From a virus, in IMG/VR virus record IMGVR_UViG_3300036766_000837, positions 50,932 through 114,931 of that record: DNA of 64,000 nucleotides. One strand, 5' to 3'. The notes under the pieces were generated by a model. The model was not told where the DNA came from. It saw only the letters and a program-made list of their open reading frames with translations, and ran no database searches. Numbering within the stretch: position 1 is the first letter of the stretch; every line of letters begins with the position of its first letter. Made by a program: the position numbers and the translations under genes. This document shows positions 49,529-59,931 of this stretch, one piece after another.

Positions 49529-50492
49529 AATGATAGTTCCAGATATAATTGGAAAGATTGAGGGCTGGCGATTATTCACCCTAGACTCTAGTGGGTTGAA
49601 ATCATATTCTGCCAATTATTATTGGAAACCCGGAGTAAATGAAGCGACTTGTATTTCTGCCGGACAGAAGATTCAAACAGTTTGGAAAAATGGTCCCAAC
49701 GGCAAACTTATAGAAGAGACAGTTATGACCCATACTTCTATTCCCGACCCAGATTGTGGGTGTGGATTCTGGATATATAAGAAATATGAGACATGTAAAA
49801 ATAAGACACATTATAATCTTGGTAATAATTTTTTTGGAGGTCTTGGAAGTTTCACCAAGAGTTTTTATATCGATGGAATGGTAAATGGTTGGGGTAAGGT
49901 GATTGAGGGAGAAGATGGATATAGAACTGAATTTGCCGAAATTGTTAAATTATATACCCATGATAAAATGGGTGGAGCAGAGAAGAATATGGTTGTTGCT
50001 ACCGCTCAAAAATATAATGTTCCCATAGAAGAGGCCCCACGCCCCATTGTCGCCGAAAAAGCAACGATGATGGTAAAGGTTAAGGCAATTGGCCCTTTAA
50101 TATTAGGGGCCTCTGGGAGATATCGCCCGAGGGAAATATTTATCCTCCCAAAAGATACTAAATCTTGGAAGAAGAAGGATAGTGTGGTTTATTATTGTTG
50201 GGAAAATATGGAAAATATGGATATCCTAACCGAGGCACAAGATTCCAAAGAAGTTGTTAAGATTGAATATGAGATAAATACATATCTTGATAAAGAACAG
50301 AAAATGATTATTTCGGCAAAAAAAGTGGGGGAAGATCGCCAATATGATTATGGCCTTCCTAGTCAACAGTTTGCTGGAGGATTCACATATTCCCCTAACC
50401 ATAATTTGGGCTCCGCATTTGATATATTTGATATATATAGTAAACCTCTGAATAGAATAACTCTTGAGGGGGATATAGTAGATGGAGAATAA
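49521..50492 (+). CDS. Hypothetical protein with GWR...H..P...CGCG...WGKVIEG..GYR domain
   Basis: Motifs visible in translation; overlaps peptide gene. Confidence 0.7.
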   Translation: MDEMIVPDIIGKIEGWRLFTLDSSGLKSYSANYYWKPGVNEATCISAGQKIQTVWKNGPNGKLIEETVMTHTSIPDPDCGCGFWIYKKYETCKNKTHYNLGNNFFGGLGSFTKSFYIDGMVNGWGKVIEGEDGYRTEFAEIVKLYTHDKMGGAEKNMVVATAQKYNVPIEEAPRPIVAEKATMMVKVKAIGPLILGASGRYRPREIFILPKDTKSWKKKDSVVYYCWENMENMDILTEAQDSKEVVKIEYEINTYLDKEQKMIISAKKVGEDRQYDYGLPSQQFAGGFTYSPNHNLGSAFDIFDIYSKPLNRITLEGDIVDGE

Positions 50493-53129
50493 AGGTTCCA
50501 TCGTTATAGATGAAAAGATATATCCCGTAAAAGATATAAGATTAGCTGTGGGAGGAATTATCGTTACCGCCTTTCCCCCAAAACCAATGGAAGGATTAAA
50601 GAGGGGAACTTATGCAATCACATTATTTGGGGGTGATGGCCAATTTGTATATTCTGATATTGCAATCTTAGAAATCCCGGCAGTTTATGACAATGTAGAC
50701 ATTGAACTTTATTTAACAATAGATACAGTAAATGGAAGGGTAAATGATCGGAAGATGTTAAATAAGTATATGGAGAAAAAATGATAAAAACAAATTGTGA
50801 TGCGTGCGAAAAATCCATCAGACGAGATATCTATCGATGGATTTTAAACTGGAACCGTCCGGATACATTGGGCGCTCCTCGCGCATTTGAGGTAGTGTTT
50901 CATAACAACCCTGAATGTATACGTATTATGACAGCAAGATTGGACGATTACGCCTATGACCAACAGATGGCAATCTTTCTTATGAAAACGGCGAAGGAGA
51001 ATAGAGATGACGAAAGTGAAAGTTTCATGGAACACCGACCCGTTCGGTAATGTTCAGTTTGAACCCGAGGAGGAATTTGAGGCGGAAGTTATTCCCAAAG
51101 AAGGTCCTTACGGGCCATTCTATGAAGTGACGGTGAGGGCCAAGGTAAAATCTTTGCCCGAACCAACAACGTTGGGCGAAGTATTTAAGGAATCGGTGCC
51201 GAATCCATATGGCGACGACTTTGCCGAGGGCGATACTTTTGATGCCGGGGTTGATGCAACGAAGGCATTATTCGAGAAAGTTGTCTATGGCACCGATGAA
51301 CCATGTCCGAAGTGTGGAGGCAATGGCATACTTGGGCGTCAAGCATATATCGGTTTGGGCAACTGTCTTGATTGTGGTGGCACCGAACACCACTATGGCA
51401 CCGGCCGCATCAAGACGCCGGGGATGGTGGAGCGGGTGGAAGCCGCACTTCCCGCCGTGGGAGCCGCCATCAACGCAGCGGCTGCCGACTACGAGTGGCG
51501 CGAATCTCTCCGCCGCGAGATAGGGAAGGTAACTACATGAGCCGAACGAAGAGGTTGCGATGCCGGACATGGTACTGTGTTTTACCCCGCAAACACAAGG
51601 AGTTGTGCCGTGACCGCAACGGCGGGCTCTTGGTGATTCAATCCGGCTCAAAACTCTTACGCATGGTTGCAACTCCCCGCCCAAGACAAGTCCTGGATCG
51701 TATCGAAACCCATGAGAAGAAATTGCAAGCGGAGGCATGGAATGTTGTGGCTTGGTTTGATACGGCTAATGTGTCTGAAAAACAATATCTTGAACGATTA
51801 GCTTTTGCAATCGAAGGTCTCCGTGCTGTTCTTGAGGAGTAGGGAAAATGAGTGTTTTCTATGATGCCCTATTTGAGGACACAGACCAACGGTATATATG
51901 TGAGTCTAAAGCCGTATTTCTCGATGAACCATCCGCGCAACGCGCATTGACCCGTATTCGCCATCGCGCCGAGTCTGGCAAAGTCGTGTCGGGTTGGCCA
52001 ACATCATATTATAGGTGCCGGTTCGGTGCCCACTGGCATCTCACGTCACATAACAAAAGAGGTAAAAATAGAAAGAAGGTTATGGCATGAAAAAATGTCC
52101 ATGCGCCCACTCAACCTGTGGAACTTTAGGTAAATGGCACTTTCGTTTTTGGCGACTATCCATTGGATGGGTACATAAGGGGCGATATTGTATGGAATGT
52201 TGGGCGTTATTTGGAGACCCGGTACATTCTATGAAAGTGTGTCCTAGATTTATATCCAAGGAAGGAGATTCAACATGATTGTTATGGATATAGATGATGT
52301 TCAAACATTTGTCGTCGTAAATGAGGTTGAAGCAGCCTTTGTACGAGAATATCATCCATATGAATCATATCATGAACGTAAACGTCGTAAAAAAATTGGA
52401 AAAGAGCCTCCATGCGCTTTCCATCTTCAGATTAATTTAAAATCTGGAAAAGTATTCGAGGGGTTTGCTATTGCAACACGAGAACGGGCCAACGAACTTA
52501 TTACTAATCTTAGAAATGCAATTATTATAGAGAAAATGCGATGAAGGTCCATGTCCCAGTTATACATGATTTCGGTTTAGGAGCTGATCATGACCATGCC
52601 TGTAGTGTATGTTATGTCAATCCTTCAGTCCTCAATCTGGATACCGGTATCTTTGAACCATGCTGGGATTGCCAACGATTTGGATGGCGTGTTATTAGAA
52701 GGCGATATAGATGGGGGAAAAGATAAATATGGTTGAATTCCACGTACTTCCAACTAATGATCTGATTGAACATGAACGCCCAGGAGATGATTGTTTATGC
52801 GGCCCTGATGTTGAGTTCGTTGAGAATGGCGTTGTGATGGTGCATCACTCACTTGATGGGCGAGAACTGCACGATATTCCACAACAATACAAGATTGGTT
52901 TTGGGGTGGATAAAGATGTGGAGGGAGAATAATGAAGTGTGAGACATATCTACAACAGACTTGCATCACTGGCGGAAATGACTATCGTACTTGGTGTTCT
53001 ATGTGTGTCAGGCGTGCGATAAAACGCGAGAGAGCTATTTGGACTCTGACTGGTTTCCGTATGCATTGGGCATGGATTGTTGCGTGGTGCCATCACAAAA
53101 TGGTCGTGCAGCCCTTCGAAGGACAATAG
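50482..53129 (+). other. Run of translationally coupled small hypothetical ORFs, many with CxxC
   Basis: ORFs at 50482, 50781, 51007, 51537, 51848, 52087, 52275, 52541, 52729, 52932 with mostly overlapping stop/start codons. Confidence 0.65.
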
Positions 53130-53134
53130 AAGGA

Positions 53135-53920
53135 ATGAAAACAAACATTAATCTTGTGGTTCCTCTCTATTGCGGACCTCGTGCTTCTCATCATAGGAAA
53201 TATGCTTTAGATAATACGGTAAATATTAAAACCATAATACAGGAATTGAATATTGTTCCTTACGATCTTTCTCAAATTACATTTGTTATAAATGAATATC
53301 CAGAATCCCCTTCAAATTTTTTAGATGCCATTGATTCTATTCCCCCAAAATTGAGAGACACTGAGGTTGTAGTCTTGCAAAGAGAAAATATCGGTATGTC
53401 TTATGGTGCACTTTCATATGTATATGGTATATATCGACAACAGTTCGACTACTACATATTTTGCGAAGATGATTACATTTTTCCCCAATCTAATTTTGAT
53501 ACAAAATTAGTAGAGATGTTGTCATTTTATAAAAATATAGACAGTTCGTATGGATATCTATGTATGTTGGCAATTCCATGGGGCAATATTCCCTATCATG
53601 TTTCCATTTCTAATGGATTGATTGATTCTGAAAGTTGTGAAAAAGTATGGAAGAAATATGGAGAGTTGCCTAATGCTGCTAAACCAGAACAAATAACATT
53701 TTCCCTAGGGTTTACCTCTGTTGGGGTAAAAATTTGTGATGTTACACAATGGTATAAAGTTGGCTTTATTGATAATCAATTCGGAACATGGTTTGGTAAT
53801 TTGGCAGGAGAATCCTTTTGTACCCCAATAGATTTTTGTAATCCTTCATCATATACACTAGATGAAATTATTGACCCTCCCCAAAATTATCAGGGAAAGG
53901 GGCTTAGGCGATACGATTAG
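53135..53920 (+). CDS. Orphan GT-A glycosyltransferase
   Basis: RENIGMSYG, YYIFCEDDY; ATG after GAAGGA. Confidence 0.7.
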   Translation: MKTNINLVVPLYCGPRASHHRKYALDNTVNIKTIIQELNIVPYDLSQITFVINEYPESPSNFLDAIDSIPPKLRDTEVVVLQRENIGMSYGALSYVYGIYRQQFDYYIFCEDDYIFPQSNFDTKLVEMLSFYKNIDSSYGYLCMLAIPWGNIPYHVSISNGLIDSESCEKVWKKYGELPNAAKPEQITFSLGFTSVGVKICDVTQWYKVGFIDNQFGTWFGNLAGESFCTPIDFCNPSSYTLDEIIDPPQNYQGKGLRRYD

Positions 53921-53950
53921 GACTGTTATAATAAGAGAAAGGGAGAAATC

Positions 53951-56900
53951 ATGTTTAACAAACGCGAACGTGAGGAGAAGCGCAAAAAACGTGATGAATA
54001 TCGGATTTGGCGCCAAGAAGAAAATGAATTCTGGAAATGGCTTTATAAACAGGAACAAAAAGATTATGATGCGGCTGTATCTCGTATGCGCGCCAGATAT
54101 AAGGCGGAACTTAAGAAGGTTCCTTCAAAATTTAGTGATGGTTCTCTTCCATGATTTGCAGACCCGGAGGAATGATGTTTGATATTCTTGAAATTGTTTA
54201 CTTCTGCGAATTTCATGACGAGTATGTTATCGATGATATGGCCCACCATTGGTGTTTTGAGAATGGATTTGTAAGTAGGTGGGAACGTGTTTGACCTCAA
54301 TAAATATCGGCAAGAACAATTCTCTAATTATATTCTTAAGGCACGAGAACAGGGCGTTCAGGCGGGTCAAGAGCGCATCGAGCAATTGCGCTACGAGGTT
54401 CTGCTGATGAGAAGAGGCTGGAGATGAGCGAGGTGGGCTTCGGCTGCTTCGGCAACGAGACTATCACGGTTTGCTCGCCGCGCGGTATTCGCTATCGCGC
54501 CATCCGCTACTGCCGCAAGTGCAAGCGCCGCCGCCGATCTCTGGTGACGCTATTCGACTGGTACGACCCAGGAGTTGAGTGCTGCACCTGCCGCAAGTCG
54601 GGGGCCAAGTGGCGCGAGGAACGCACGACCCGCAAACAAGCGGTCCGTGCCATCTGTGACTGGGCCTTGCTCCAGAAGAAGGAGGAGCCATGACTGACCC
54701 TCGGCTGGTCACGGACGCGGATGCCGAGGCTATCGGTGCGTCTTTCTCCATCGACACACCTATCTCCTACAAGTATGCGCGCCGCTGCGCTTTCCGACTC
54801 CTCTCCACTCGCGCCGCGCTGATGGAAAAGGCAAGCGCCGTGGTTGGACTTACGCGAGTCGACCCAAGGGAACCTGGTTGGGAGAAGGTAGAGGCGGCCT
54901 CGCTCGCCGAACTTTCTGCCCTCCTCGCCGAACTCCACAGAAAGGAGAAGAAATGAGAACCATCTTGCGAGACGTAGTTCGACACCCATCATGGTTGGTG
55001 GGATGGTGGTTGGAATGGCCGTGTCGGCACCTTAATTTTTGGCGCCTCCTGTTGTTCGAACCGGGGCAAGGATGGTTACGATGGGGCAAAGATGAACGTT
55101 CGAGTCGGTTGTCTTACATGGAACCGCCTGAGACATATGTTGTCGCGCCGCCCCTTCATCGGCTTGTTTGGAATTTTAGGGGAATTGTGGATTGGTTGCT
55201 AAATCGTGATGGCTTGCGAGATGATGCGCCATTCGATTGGGCCGTCTGCCGTGGGTTCTATCGAGACGAGGACCGCAAACAAAATCTTTGGAGCAGACCA
55301 TGAAACGTGCTATCCTATTTGTTATTGTTTTATTGGCTAGTTCCCCGATGTATCGTCCACCGGACCCATCTTCAAGAAAACCATCAAAGTCAAAATCTAA
55401 ACCTCACGGTGCAAAATTTTTTGTAGCGATGACCGATGTATATGATGGTTATCCTCTTGCTATTTTTGAAAATGAGTATGAAGCACAACTTTATGTTGAT
55501 GCACGACAAGATGGTGGTTCTGTAGTAGAGGTTCCTTATGTTCCTGCCAGAACATACCCATTACCGAAACGAGTATTTTGTATTGCATTCTCGAAAAATA
55601 ATAAGCCTACCCCTATCATATGGGATTTTGAGGTTGACGCCTGGAATGAACGAGCCAACCCACTTAATGAAGTTATACCTGGCGAAACCATTAGTGGTAC
55701 TGATCCCAATCTAGTCCGTGAGGCAGCTATTGAAGCTGGATACTTTCAGGATAAACGATGAAAAGATTCATTGCCGCACTTCGTAATCCAAAAAATTATT
55801 TTGGCTCGGCAGCGATGGCGGTTATATTCACTCTTATCTTCCACGGAGGGATGGATATGTGGGCGGAATATACCCTTATAGGATACCCGGTATGGGCATT
55901 CTGTGACGTATGGTTCAATCTTGACGGAAAGGATAAGAAATGATTATTGATGATATGCACTTTGGCCGTCATTGGAACGGTCCTGGAGAATTTGAGAAGG
56001 ATTGTCCATGCCATAAGGCGGAATGCGGGCTTGTTGATATTCCGGTTCAAGAATGTGATCAGCATTGGCCTGGGGTGGCAAAAACAATGCGTTCGATTCA
56101 TGATGCGGCTGATTGTCCCACAAGGAGGAAAGATGAGTGAGGTGGAAAGGTTGAGGGAATTTGCAGTTCGAGCAAATCAAATGGTCAAAGATTATGAGGA
56201 TGGCAAGAGATATAATATAGCCTTCTCTTGTGGTTGTATGGTTAAATTGGAGGAAGATAGAATTGTTGGGGTATCTGCGGGAAGGGGATGCAACATTGAG
56301 GATGGCGATAATTTGCGTAATCATATGTTAAAGAATAGTGGTTCAGAACTTGGCGAGCGGGCGGCAAAGGTTCTTGCCCCCCATATCAATTCAACCGTTA
56401 TTGATTTCTGTCCAAATGAAGATGAGAGGCGCGCTCTTGAGCAATTCGTTAAATTCTTTAAGGGGGATTGATGGAAGATTTCGAGAAAGAGATAATAAGA
56501 CGTTCTCTTGAAAATATGAGTAAAGCTACTTCCCGTCTTAAGGGGCTTCTAACTCCCGGTGCGATTACCCAACCCAAGAAGCATGAGGTTCGTACTGAGG
56601 TGAATGAGGCGGGAAGAGTTATTCACTACTATGACGATGGTTCATTCTATTATGAGGATTGAATATGAATGCATTTGAATTGGATTTCATCTTGCAAATG
56701 GCAGAAGTTAAGCCCAATTGTCGGGGTAATGATGGTGGTTGTGGGCATGGTCTTGAAGACCACGACTTAGATGACCCAGAGGGACCTTGTAAATTGTGTG
56801 GGTGCCCAGCTTACTTACCAATGTTATGTTCTGGAGAAATAGGATTTGGTCCATGTTCTAAAGTTCTAGACCATATTAGGAGGAGTGTTATATAAATAGA

Positions 56901-57103
56901 TTACTTGAGGCATCATACTCGGGAGATGCAAGATGGGCAAAAGGCTGATGAGTGACTTACGTTACTGTGTCATTTGCGACGAGTATTACGAGCCGATGAC
57001 CCGTATCGGAATCTACGCCCAGGTGTGGGATAATGGTAAGGCATGGGCATTTTATCGCTGTGATAATTGTGGAGATAGGTATGCAGAACCATACGAACCC
57101 TGA
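53951..57103 (+). other. Second run of small hypothetical ORFs with GC-rich patches
   Basis: ORFs at 53951, 54424, 54690, 54953, 55300, 55758, 55940, 56133, 56468, 56659, 56948; frequent ATGA overlaps. Confidence 0.6.
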
Positions 57104-57263
57104 GTCCAACTGTTACTATATATGTAATACCCATTTTGCGCCAAAATTATACCTGCGATTTTGTACTTGGCCCGTGCGCCCAATATATTTTGATATATAC
57201 GATACCGGCGAAGTTGTCTGGAAACGAAACATATAGGAAAGTTTCCTAACTATCTCAGGTTAC

Positions 57264-57295
57264 AAAAAAAGACCGGGGGATAATCTCCCCCGGTC
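57264..57295 (-). terminator. Terminator at convergence of plus and minus operons
   Basis: GACCGGGGGA-GATTA-TCCCCCGGTC followed by a T run on minus. Confidence 0.85.
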
Positions 57296-57323
57296 CCTGA
57301 CCAGAAAGCGTCAAGCTGGGCGG

Positions 57324-57473
57324 CTAGGATTTTCGGGCCGACCCGTTCAGCCAAGCGACACGCGCAGCAGCATCATCCTCTGAGGCATGGTCGGATTCTG
57401 GGTGCCACTTGCCGGTGGGATCGTAGAATCCCACCGTCCACAAACGCGCTTCAGACTTGATGTAGACGTACAT
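57324..57473 (-). CDS. 49-aa small protein (absent from ORF track)
   Basis: MYVYIKSEARLWTVGFYDPTGKWHPESDHASEDDAAARVAWLNGSARKS; SD GAGGGGG. Confidence 0.75.
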   Translation of the reverse strand: MYVYIKSEARLWTVGFYDPTGKWHPESDHASEDDAAARVAWLNGSARKS

Positions 57474-57612
57474 TCTCGGCCCCCTCTCTACCCAGGCTGA
57501 TGCGCCACTCCTGCACTTGCGAAACGGTCAGGCCCGTGTGCATCAGGGCGCGACAGTCGATGCGGAAGCGCATCGGGCATCTTCTACCGTGTTCACACTT
57601 CGGCGTTTTCAT
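57451..57612 (-). CDS. 53-aa hypothetical protein
   Basis: SD GGAGGAGG; MKTPKCEHGRRCP... Confidence 0.55.
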   Translation of the reverse strand: MKTPKCEHGRRCPMRFRIDCRALMHTGLTVSQVQEWRISLGREGAENVRLHQV

Positions 57613-57675
57613 CTCCCCCTCCTCCCCTCACGCCCCCCGGTCCCGGCCGGGGAGCGTCAAGCTGGGCGGTGGCGG

Positions 57676-57912
57676 TCAGGCCGTCGTCACCGGATCGTTC
57701 AGCGCTTCCGTGTATCCCCGCCCGAGCACCATGACCTCAACAAACTCCTCGACCATTCCCGGCTTGATGTCATACTCCGCTTCTCCGACCTGCTTGCCGG
57801 GCGCATCGGGGTAGGGCGAAACGGACCACTCCCGGACATGTTGCCCGTCGATGTCGATGCCGGTTCTGATGAGACCCGTTCCCCGGATGAAGTGTCGCTC
57901 CACCTCTCCCAC
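57676..57912 (-). CDS. Hypothetical protein
   Basis: SD GGAGGAGG; bounded by intergenic repeats. Confidence 0.6.
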   Translation of the reverse strand: MGEVERHFIRGTGLIRTGIDIDGQHVREWSVSPYPDAPGKQVGEAEYDIKPGMVEEFVEVMVLGRGYTEALNDPVTTA

Positions 57913-57921
57913 CTCCTCCCC

Positions 57922-58026
57922 TCACGCCCCCCGTTCTTTGCACGACCGCCAGAACACGATGAGGCCCAAGAATATCCATATCCCGATGATGGCCCATGAT
58001 GCTGCGACCAGCACGTAGGGAATCAT
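57922..58026 (-). CDS. 34-aa single-TM peptide
   Basis: MIPYVLVAASWAIIGIWIFLGLIVFWRSCKERGA; ATGA overlap. Confidence 0.6.
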   Translation of the reverse strand: MIPYVLVAASWAIIGIWIFLGLIVFWRSCKERGA

Positions 58027-58220
58027 CGCGCGCCTCGTTCTATCTCATCAAGTGATGGACAACGAGCCGCACGACCGTCTACCACGTCGAGCCCGCGTCG
58101 ATTCTTTGTAATGCTTGCGGCCTCAAGTCTGACCCTGCTCTTTCTTTCCGAAAAAGTTGGGCCATCGTACCAGGATGCGAACATAGCCGTTTTACCGATA
58201 ACTATTCGATACCCTGTCAT
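58023..58220 (-). CDS. Hypothetical protein
   Basis: SD GGGGGAG + ATG at 58220. Confidence 0.55.
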   Translation of the reverse strand: MTGYRIVIGKTAMFASWYDGPTFSERKSRVRLEAASITKNRRGLDVVDGRAARCPSLDEIERGAR

Positions 58221-58238
58221 AACTCCCCCGTTCAGTCT

Positions 58239-58828
58239 GCAATCCCGATAGGGGACTCGCATCTTGTTGGATGGATAGCTGATTATTGACTTGCTTTGCT
58301 TGATGCTACTTCTTTGCGCCCACCTTCCTGGTCGTGGTGGACTTCTTACGAGTTACTTTCGCGGTCACTTCCGACTTCGCGGGTCGGGCCGGAACCTTGA
58401 CTTTCGGAGCCGACTTCGACATCACGATGACCGGAACCTCGTTTCCTTCGGCGTCTTTGAACCGAAGGATTGTGAAACTTGCCTCGTGGTCCCCACGGCC
58501 TAGCCTTGCGACTTCGTTGGCCGCTCCGGGCGTCAAGGGCCGCCCGTTCGATCCACCGTGCCGAGTTAGCTCGATGGGACATACCTTTGCCTCATTGGGG
58601 AGCATCGGCAAAGACCCGTCTTCTAGCTGCAACAGGTCCTCTACCTTCCCCACCTTGCCCACGACGATCTTCGTGGGAACGTCGGCCGTCGAAAGCTTGA
58701 GGCTTCCTACGGTCTGTTCCACCCACAAGCGAACGGCCGACTTGGGCCGTCCACGCTTGAGCTGGCCTAGTATGCGTGCCATCTTGACACCTTTCCACGT
58801 CAAGATGCGAGTCCCCTATCGGGATTGC
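58239..58828. repeat. Perfect 28-bp inverted repeat pair (58239-58266 and 58801-58828)
   Basis: GCAATCCCGATAGGGGACTCGCATCTTG and its exact reverse complement. Confidence 0.97.
58306..58782 (-). CDS. Basic protein with AT-hook-like KRGRPK and Lys/Ala/Thr-rich tail; putative DNA-binding protein
   Basis: SD GAAAGGTG + ATG at 58782; composition. Confidence 0.7.
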   Translation of the reverse strand: MARILGQLKRGRPKSAVRLWVEQTVGSLKLSTADVPTKIVVGKVGKVEDLLQLEDGSLPMLPNEAKVCPIELTRHGGSNGRPLTPGAANEVARLGRGDHEASFTILRFKDAEGNEVPVIVMSKSAPKVKVPARPAKSEVTAKVTRKKSTTTRKVGAKK

Positions 58829-58950
58829 TTGTGCAGCGCTTGCCTAGCTGCATTGCATACCGGATTAGTAGTCCCGTTCGGGCCGTTCCGGTGATGGCCC
58901 TCTGACGGCCGAATCACCGGCGGCTAGCCGGGGTGCTTTCGCACACCCCA

Positions 58951-58979
58951 AGCGTAGTCACTCGCGCGGCCGATTGCAA
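58951..58979 (-). promoter_or_regulatory. Sigma70-type promoter for the GC-rich cassette
   Basis: TTGCAA-N17-TACGCT. Confidence 0.7.
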
Positions 58980-59089
58980 GTCTTTTTCCGTAACCGTTCA
59001 CGTGGCCTAGACAGGAAACTTTCCTAATCATTGCGATTGTAGCAATACAATCAGCCCGTAAGAATGCTCAAGATTTATTGAATCAAACA

Positions 59090-59750
59090 TTGGCCCAAAT
59101 AAATGGGCAAAAAAGATTATAATGATTGATTATAATTTTGGCCCATAGATTGCCGCGCGGGTTTATGGGTTGAGATTATTGGACCAATTATTGCCACAAT
59201 GATTGTGCGCGATTGATTATATGAACTCCATTATTTGTTCCAAATATTGGCGCAAAGAGATTATAAGAGAGTCATACAAAGTATAGGGTAGAATCAATAT
59301 TTCGCGCGAAAAGTATAGACTATACCTTATACAGCTTACTATCCAACTTATCTACCTCGGCATCCGCTCAACCATCGGGGAAATACGATGGCCGCCTTCA
59401 TTTTTGGGCCAAATAATGGGCAAATCTATTGTTTATGATTATTTAAGTTGTTATACGAAGTATAATAGGTGAATTATTGGGGTAATAATTGGACCAATCA
59501 ATATAGGAGATTATATGGGCAATAATTGCGTGAGACCCCCGTATACCCTGGAATGATTTATTTATTCCATATAGGGATATTTCTTGGCCTCCAGAATGCC
59601 ATCCATGTCATTTCCGCCAATCGCCATCAATCGCCCGGACCATAGTTTGAGCCAATGATTTAAGGATTGGGATTATAAAGCCCTTCTATAAGTATCTGGA
59701 ATATTAGGTATTATCTTTCCCGCCAAATTTTGGACCAATTAATAGGCACA
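59090..59750. repeat. Non-coding array of TTGGNCCAA palindromes at 12-bp period
   Basis: Copies at 59090, 59138, 59179, 59235, 59247, 59404, 59477, 59489, 59647, 59730, most with a degenerate partner 12 bp away. Confidence 0.75.
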
Positions 59751-59796
59751 AAAAGGGGGACGCTCCTGCCTCGTGTATCAAAGGCAGGAACGCCCC
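59750..59796 (-). terminator. Intrinsic terminator
   Basis: GGGGCGTTCCTGCCT-loop-AGGCAGGAGCGTCCCC followed by CTTTTT. Confidence 0.8.
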
Positions 59797-59931
59797 AACC
59801 TTTCCGCAGGGTAAAAGTCCTGTCGTCCGGCATTTCCCTTACCCAACTTTTGAGAGTTTAGCAACCCCCAACCTTTCCGGGTGTCCCTCCTATGCCTTAT
59901 CATATCATAAATAGGAACGTTCCCAACCTAT

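Noticed and set aside
58239-58828. Retron or IS/MITE reading of the 28-bp inverted repeats
   Set aside because: No reverse transcriptase or transposase in the window, no target duplication seen, and the enclosed ORF has no transposase motif
59040-59930. CRISPR array in the non-coding region
   Set aside because: Repeats are 9-14 bp, degenerate and lack regular unique spacers; no cas genes
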